From NCBI GenBank assembly GCA_963708075.1, contig OY970194.1, positions 2,208,001 through 2,272,000 of the forward strand: 64,000 nt of DNA, given 5' to 3'. Shown here in pieces: positions 59,640 to 64,000 of the stretch. Under the pieces are notes generated by a model. It saw nothing but the letters and a program-made list of their open reading frames with translations, did no database searches and was not told where the DNA came from. Position 1 is the stretch's first letter; each line of letters begins with the position of its first letter. Both the position numbers and the translations under genes were made by a program. Source of the stretch: Sedimentisphaerales bacterium (lineage in GTDB: Bacteria; Planctomycetota; Phycisphaerae; Sedimentisphaerales; Anaerobacaceae).

Positions 59640-59941
59640 TTCGCGAGAAGATTCTTCGATTCCACGAATCGGCCAGCCGGCAGTTCCCGATCCGCAAGGT
59701 GCTGCTCTACGGCTCGTACGCAAAGGGACGCGCCACGCCGCAGAGCGACATCGACGTCGCCGTCGTCGTGGAGGAGGCCGACCATACGAGGCGCATTGAG
59801 ATCACCGCAGCGCTCTTCCACTGGGCAGCCCAAGTCGACCCGGCGATAGAACCCAAGTGCGTCTTTTGGGATGAGTACAAAAACCCAGACACAGCCAGCA
59901 TTCTGTCCGAGATCATCGCCACGGCCATCGAGATCGTGTGA
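59618..59941 (+). CDS. Minimal nucleotidyltransferase (MNT antitoxin type)
   Basis: LLYGSYAKGRATPQSDIDVAVV; overlaps the HEPN gene. Confidence 0.9.
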   Translation: MDQVEAVIREKILRFHESASRQFPIRKVLLYGSYAKGRATPQSDIDVAVVVEEADHTRRIEITAALFHWAAQVDPAIEPKCVFWDEYKNPDTASILSEIIATAIEIV

Positions 59942-59965
59942 AGCGTCGCGTTTCACCGAGTAAAT

Positions 59966-59999
59966 AAAAAAGGGCCGGGTCCTTTAGGGAACCGGCCCT
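59966..59999 (-). terminator. rRNA operon terminator
   Basis: agggccgg...ccggccct stem with a T-run on the minus strand. Confidence 0.85.
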
Positions 60000-60007
60000 C
60001 ATAAAAA

Positions 60008-60119
60008 TTCCTGGCAATCACCTACTCTCGCCCCGAAGGACTACCATCGGCCGCGACGGGCTTAGCTTCTGTGTTCGGAATGGGAACAGGCGTTTCCCCG
60101 TACGTAAGGTCACCAGGAA
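60008..60119 (-). rRNA. rrf: 5S rRNA
   Basis: Minus strand cctggtgacc...cccattccgaacacagaagctaag...gagagtaggtgattgccagg. Confidence 0.95.
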
Positions 60120-60264
60120 ATTCGTATATCAGGCTTTCGCCTGACAATTTCCAATCTCAGATCTCAAAGAGCCCCCCCTGCCTGTGCAGGGAGGAATCTT
60201 TGAAGTGTAAGCGGATGCAATGAGCGTCATTGGCTACTTGACCCATGCAATCCATGATTGATAT

Positions 60265-63192
<2,928 letters not shown>

Positions 63193-63321
63193 ATATCAAT
63201 CAGAGATTGAATAGGTTTGAATCAGTTGTGCTCAAGTCGCCTAATGAGTGCTCATATCAAGTTCCCATATGGAATGGGAGTACTCGATGGGAATTATATT
63301 TCCCACGCATCCGCTATACAC

Positions 63322-63430
63322 TTGTCAAAGATCACTTGCCACTTTTTTTCCGTGTGCTGGAAAGCCTTGTATTCTACGCCAAGTCTTTTCCATTGCAACC
63401 GGAAAATCTAAAAAAGCTCAAAAATTTTTC
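63322..63430 (-). promoter_or_regulatory. rRNA-type promoter and boxA upstream of 23S
   Basis: AT-rich UP-like tract, TTGCAA (63393-98)-16 bp-TAGAAT (63371-76), then TGATCTTTGACAA (63322-34). Confidence 0.65.
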
Positions 63431-63530
63431 GTCAGTCGAGATGCCCGCGGCTGGTCGTGCTTGCCTCAGCGTCGCAGACACAGATCCACATCATCCCGTC
63501 CGACTCCTCCCTCGCCTTCGCGAAGGAGAA

Positions 63531-63603
63531 TGGAGACGACCGGGGTCGAACCGGCAACCTCTAGCTTGCAAAGCTAGCGCTCTCCCAGTTGAGCTACGTC
63601 CCC
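63531..63603 (-). tRNA. tRNA-Ala (TGC)
   Basis: ggggacgtagctcaactgggagagcg, ctagc-ttTGCaa-gctag, ggttcgacccc. Confidence 0.95.
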
Positions 63604-63657
63604 CGGACCGCACCAAAGGTATCTGAGATCTCAAATTTGAAATCACAGATCTCCAAG

Positions 63658-63731
<74 letters not shown>

Positions 63732-63822
63732 TTGATCCAACCTCAGCTTTGTACTGCAAAACCGGTCAGCCTCAATTGGTTCGAATCGTCGGTTTATATC
63801 TTTGTACTTTAGAAAGAGCAAC

Positions 63823-63853
63823 AAAAAAACCGCTGCTTTTTTCTGCCAGCGGT
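63823..63853 (-). terminator. Intrinsic terminator upstream of tRNA-Ile
   Basis: Minus strand aaccgctg...cagcggttttttt. Confidence 0.7.
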
Positions 63854-63854
63854 T

Positions 63855-64000
63855 CGGGTACCTTCACACAGGTTTCCCAGGCAGTCAAAGCTTGAATTTG
63901 TTACAGGTTATCAGGACTCGTTTCAAAACTAACGATGCCTTTCAACTGGCGTTTACACTCACCATTGAGATCGGTATTCTACTACGCTATCGGCTCGTCG
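63855..64000 (-). ncRNA. ssrS: Probable 6S RNA, 5' end outside the window
   Basis: Minus strand carries GAGCCGATA, ATACC, GGTGAG, AAAC and CCTGTAAC..TTCAAG in the same order as I recall for E. coli 6S RNA, followed by a terminator. Confidence 0.55.

Overview
GC-rich bacterial chromosome segment. By inference it is Planctomycetota, probably Phycisphaerae-like, based on an H-X9-DG prepilin protein, a CotH/lamin-tail protein, Tat-exported sugar enzymes and an rRNA operon with no adjacent 16S. Positions 1-52 kb hold mostly housekeeping genes (sppA, miaB, pfkA, tRNA-Ser, xseAB, YhaM-like nuclease, proS, yebC family, LOG) and many secreted carbohydrate-active proteins, with several families of palindromic REP/REPIN-like and heptamer repeats scattered among them. 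About eight genes carry small frameshifts that look like read or assembly errors. The most notable features are: (1) an array behind the 5S rRNA in which two extra copies of the 5S 3' end plus terminator bracket toxin-antitoxin modules whose toxins are broken; (2) a duplicated HNH-AP2 + REP + RAYT + REP unit, with complementary decay of the two copies around a prepilin gene; (3) an FGE/C-type-lectin-fold lipoprotein whose C-terminus looks like a DGR variable repeat, with no reverse transcriptase in the window; (4) a lone integron cassette with a well-formed attC and no integrase, next to a 13-8-13 palindrome; (5) a candidate structured small RNA after tRNA-Ser; (6) a tRNA-Ile/tRNA-Ala/23S/5S block preceded by a probable 6S RNA rather than 16S, with a promoter-like site in front of 23S. 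All calls come from reading the sequence by eye; no database searches were run.
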